This document shows positions 48,181 through 50,413 of a stretch of 50,413 nucleotides of DNA, in pieces (positions within the stretch are counted from its first letter, which is position 1; every line of letters begins with the position of its first letter). A program made the translations under genes and the position numbers. Source of the DNA: Hyphochytrium catenoides (Eukaryota > Protista > Hyphochytriomycota). A model generated the notes under the pieces. It was not told the DNA's origin. It made no database searches and saw nothing but the letters and a program-made list of their open reading frames with translations. The stretch covers positions 1 through 50,413 of the forward strand of contig FLMG01001604.1 of NCBI GenBank assembly GCA_900088475.1. The letters are read 5' to 3'.

Positions 48181-50209
48181 CGTGTTCATCAGAAGCTTGA
48201 CACGTCCCTGCGCAATAAATAGCTTATGAATCCTTCCTCTGAAACTATCCCCAACGGGCTATGAATCACAAGGATGTGACTCTTTTGAAAGAAAGGGAGG
48301 AAATATATATATTGAAAGAATGCTGGAGATTGAGGGTGTAACGATTGAAGGCATTGGGGGGATCGATAAAGGGTAGTTCTACTACCTGTAACACAGGAAA
48401 GTTGTACTTGTACGAGTACAAGAAAGAGCTCCAGGAGGCGGACTGGGTTTCTTAACACCTCCAATCCATCTTTTGATGCTTTTGGGTCTCACTTCTCTCA
48501 CAGCTCACGAGTAAAACAGCATCTGAACCTATATTGAGTTCCTGGGGGTTGCCTGACGGATATAAGTTTACAAAGGAGCTTTGGATGACAAAAGCTCAGC
48601 TACCTTCCTAAAACCTAGCATTCCAGCCGCACTAAAATTATAAAAAAAGGGTATAGGAGCAGCGGACTTCCCACCCAAACCTTCCTGTTTAGCGCCAGTA
48701 CTCCTCGAGTTCTACTCCTTGAAGAACGATCGAATTAGAGCAGCAGCAGCACGGACGTGGCAGCGATGAATATTCAGCGTGGGGAGACACTGCTCGCCTG
48801 TGTTCCTCAGCATGTCTAGGAGCTGACGCCACAGCAGCTCTTGATGGAGCATCCTCAGTGCATGTAGTGAAGGTTCCTGCTACAAGAGTGGTAGCGACTA
48901 ATGACAACAATAAAGGTGACTTAACAAAGAACTGCAACCAGAGAAGATACACAGCAGGCACGGCCGCCGTTTCTTCAGCAGAGAGAGCTAGAGAAAGGCA
49001 GAGGAGGAGGCACAGGTTATCAGATGAAGGCTGTGATGACGAGAACGTGAATAAGGAGCCAGAGAAGCAAAGAAAAGGCAGAGGAAAGCGTCCGCGCGTC
49101 GTTCTCACAGGCAGAACAGCAAGTGCTCAAATCGCTTTGCAGAGTACTCTTCTTTCTTAGTAGTTGATATAGGTGTAACCGCAGAATAACTAGATCATCC
49201 GGTGGCAAGGAGCGATCCCGACGACAAGACCCCAGGAAGACACAAACGTAATGGCGGCTCCGCAACGGCGACAGCAGCAACCCTCAACCAGCGACCAGTG
49301 CACCGGATAGTGGGTAAGAGGACCATGAAGGTGGTGGTGGAGGGTGCTTTTTCTCGCCCAGGAGAGTTATTGCCGTCAGCTATCTTTTAGGCGGTTGCCG
49401 TCCTGTCAAACCAGTTAAGATGATCTGGTTTCTCTTGCGAGAGATAACATACTCGTTCTTGTACCTTGTCAGCTAGCATGAGGCCCTGGGAAAGTCTAAC
49501 ACCGCGGTTCACCGCAATCAATGGCACGGACTTCTCGCAGTCCTTGCAACGAAGTTCAGCCGTCGAGTATACCAACGATCCCTTACCACCTTTAGTCCCT
49601 CTTGCCCACACTCTCCATGCGACCACCGTTGCCAAAGCGTTAACAGTCACCTTATGCTCTCTAAGTTCCCCGGTGGTCTATTTAAATCCTTGCCATCGCC
49701 TGATAGCCGTAGCCCAAGGAGCTGGGATGAGCCAGGCACGCTGTAGTCTTTGGCTTGATAGCGTGATTGCAGCTCATACTTCCAGTCCTGGGATCCTCCC
49801 TGCCTTTGACAGGAGTTGCGTCGCACTCTATCAGGAACTCCCTAGACACATTCGACAGTCCAACTTTTCGCGTAGACCCACATAGGCGCATAATAGGGAG
49901 AAGAGAGGTTCCCCGGAAAGTTTTCATTCCGCCTCCTCGATTATCATTCTAGCGAGGGGCTAGCCCGGCAGTCAGTCGGCTCTCTCCTGTCCGCTGCAGC
50001 TCTTCTCTCTTGTCTCCTATCTGTCTCGCGCAGCCCTTTCTCCTGTCTGTATGCTTCAGCCCGTCATTGCTGTCTGCCTCTCTGTTGTCCTCTACACAGA
50101 GAAGACGATCTCAATCACCATGAGGAACAGCAATCTTCACAACGCCTTGATGGAAAGGTCGCCGTTACCAGCTATCTCTCAAACGGATGAGGCAGATCCT
50201 TCTCGTCTG

Positions 50210-50256
50210 ATTGGCTAAGGGGCTGGCCAATAGGAGGACTGCGGACTTTGACCAAT
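50210..50256. promoter_or_regulatory. Cluster of three CCAAT boxes
   Basis: ATTGG at 50210 and CCAAT at 50227 and 50252, followed by an AT-rich stretch and a CT tract at the window end. Confidence 0.35.
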
Positions 50257-50413
50257 GAATATTAGCAATATCCCCGCATTAGATGCCATGAATAAAGAAT
50301 GATACTATCTTAATCCTGAATATGTTGCTTCTGTGGTTTCTTGATGCGGGGGCTCGTACAGCCTTTCTATCTGCTTCCACTCATCATCACCTCTCTCTCT
50401 CTCTCTCTCTCTC

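Noticed and set aside
1-50413. tRNA, rRNA, CRISPR arrays, prokaryotic operons or defence systems
   Set aside because: None recognised by eye; the window is eukaryotic nuclear DNA. tRNAscan/Rfam were not run.

Overview
This is a eukaryotic nuclear draft-assembly window, probably from a flagellated protist. RPL3 looks SAR/stramenopile-like, but that taxonomic call is tentative. There are two N gaps, at about 10337-10352 and 32239-32285. Genes are intron-rich, with GT-AG introns that are strongly CT-rich on the sense strand. By joining exons by eye I can support these genes: a LARP7/La-related protein (+), an STI1-repeat co-chaperone-like protein (-), SPAG1/RPAP3-family TPR co-chaperone (+), a COPI-associated/TVP15-like membrane protein (-), HROB/MCM8IP (+), VPS11 (-), an acid lipase (-), an MscS channel (+), an intronless bacterial-type MDR oxidoreductase (+), RPL3 (-) and a VAMP7-like longin (-). 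Intergenic DNA holds decayed elements: a Ty1/copia RT-RNaseH fragment, a LINE RT relic, a probable hAT relic and a spliced PH-domain pseudogene, several with C->T/CpG-type lesions. The most interesting items are (1) a likely bacterium-to-eukaryote gene transfer next to a LINE relic, (2) a head-to-head SPAG1 plus uncharacterised STI1-protein pair that could be a co-regulated dynein-assembly chaperone module, and (3) the CpG-decay signature. All calls come from motif recognition; no database searches were run.
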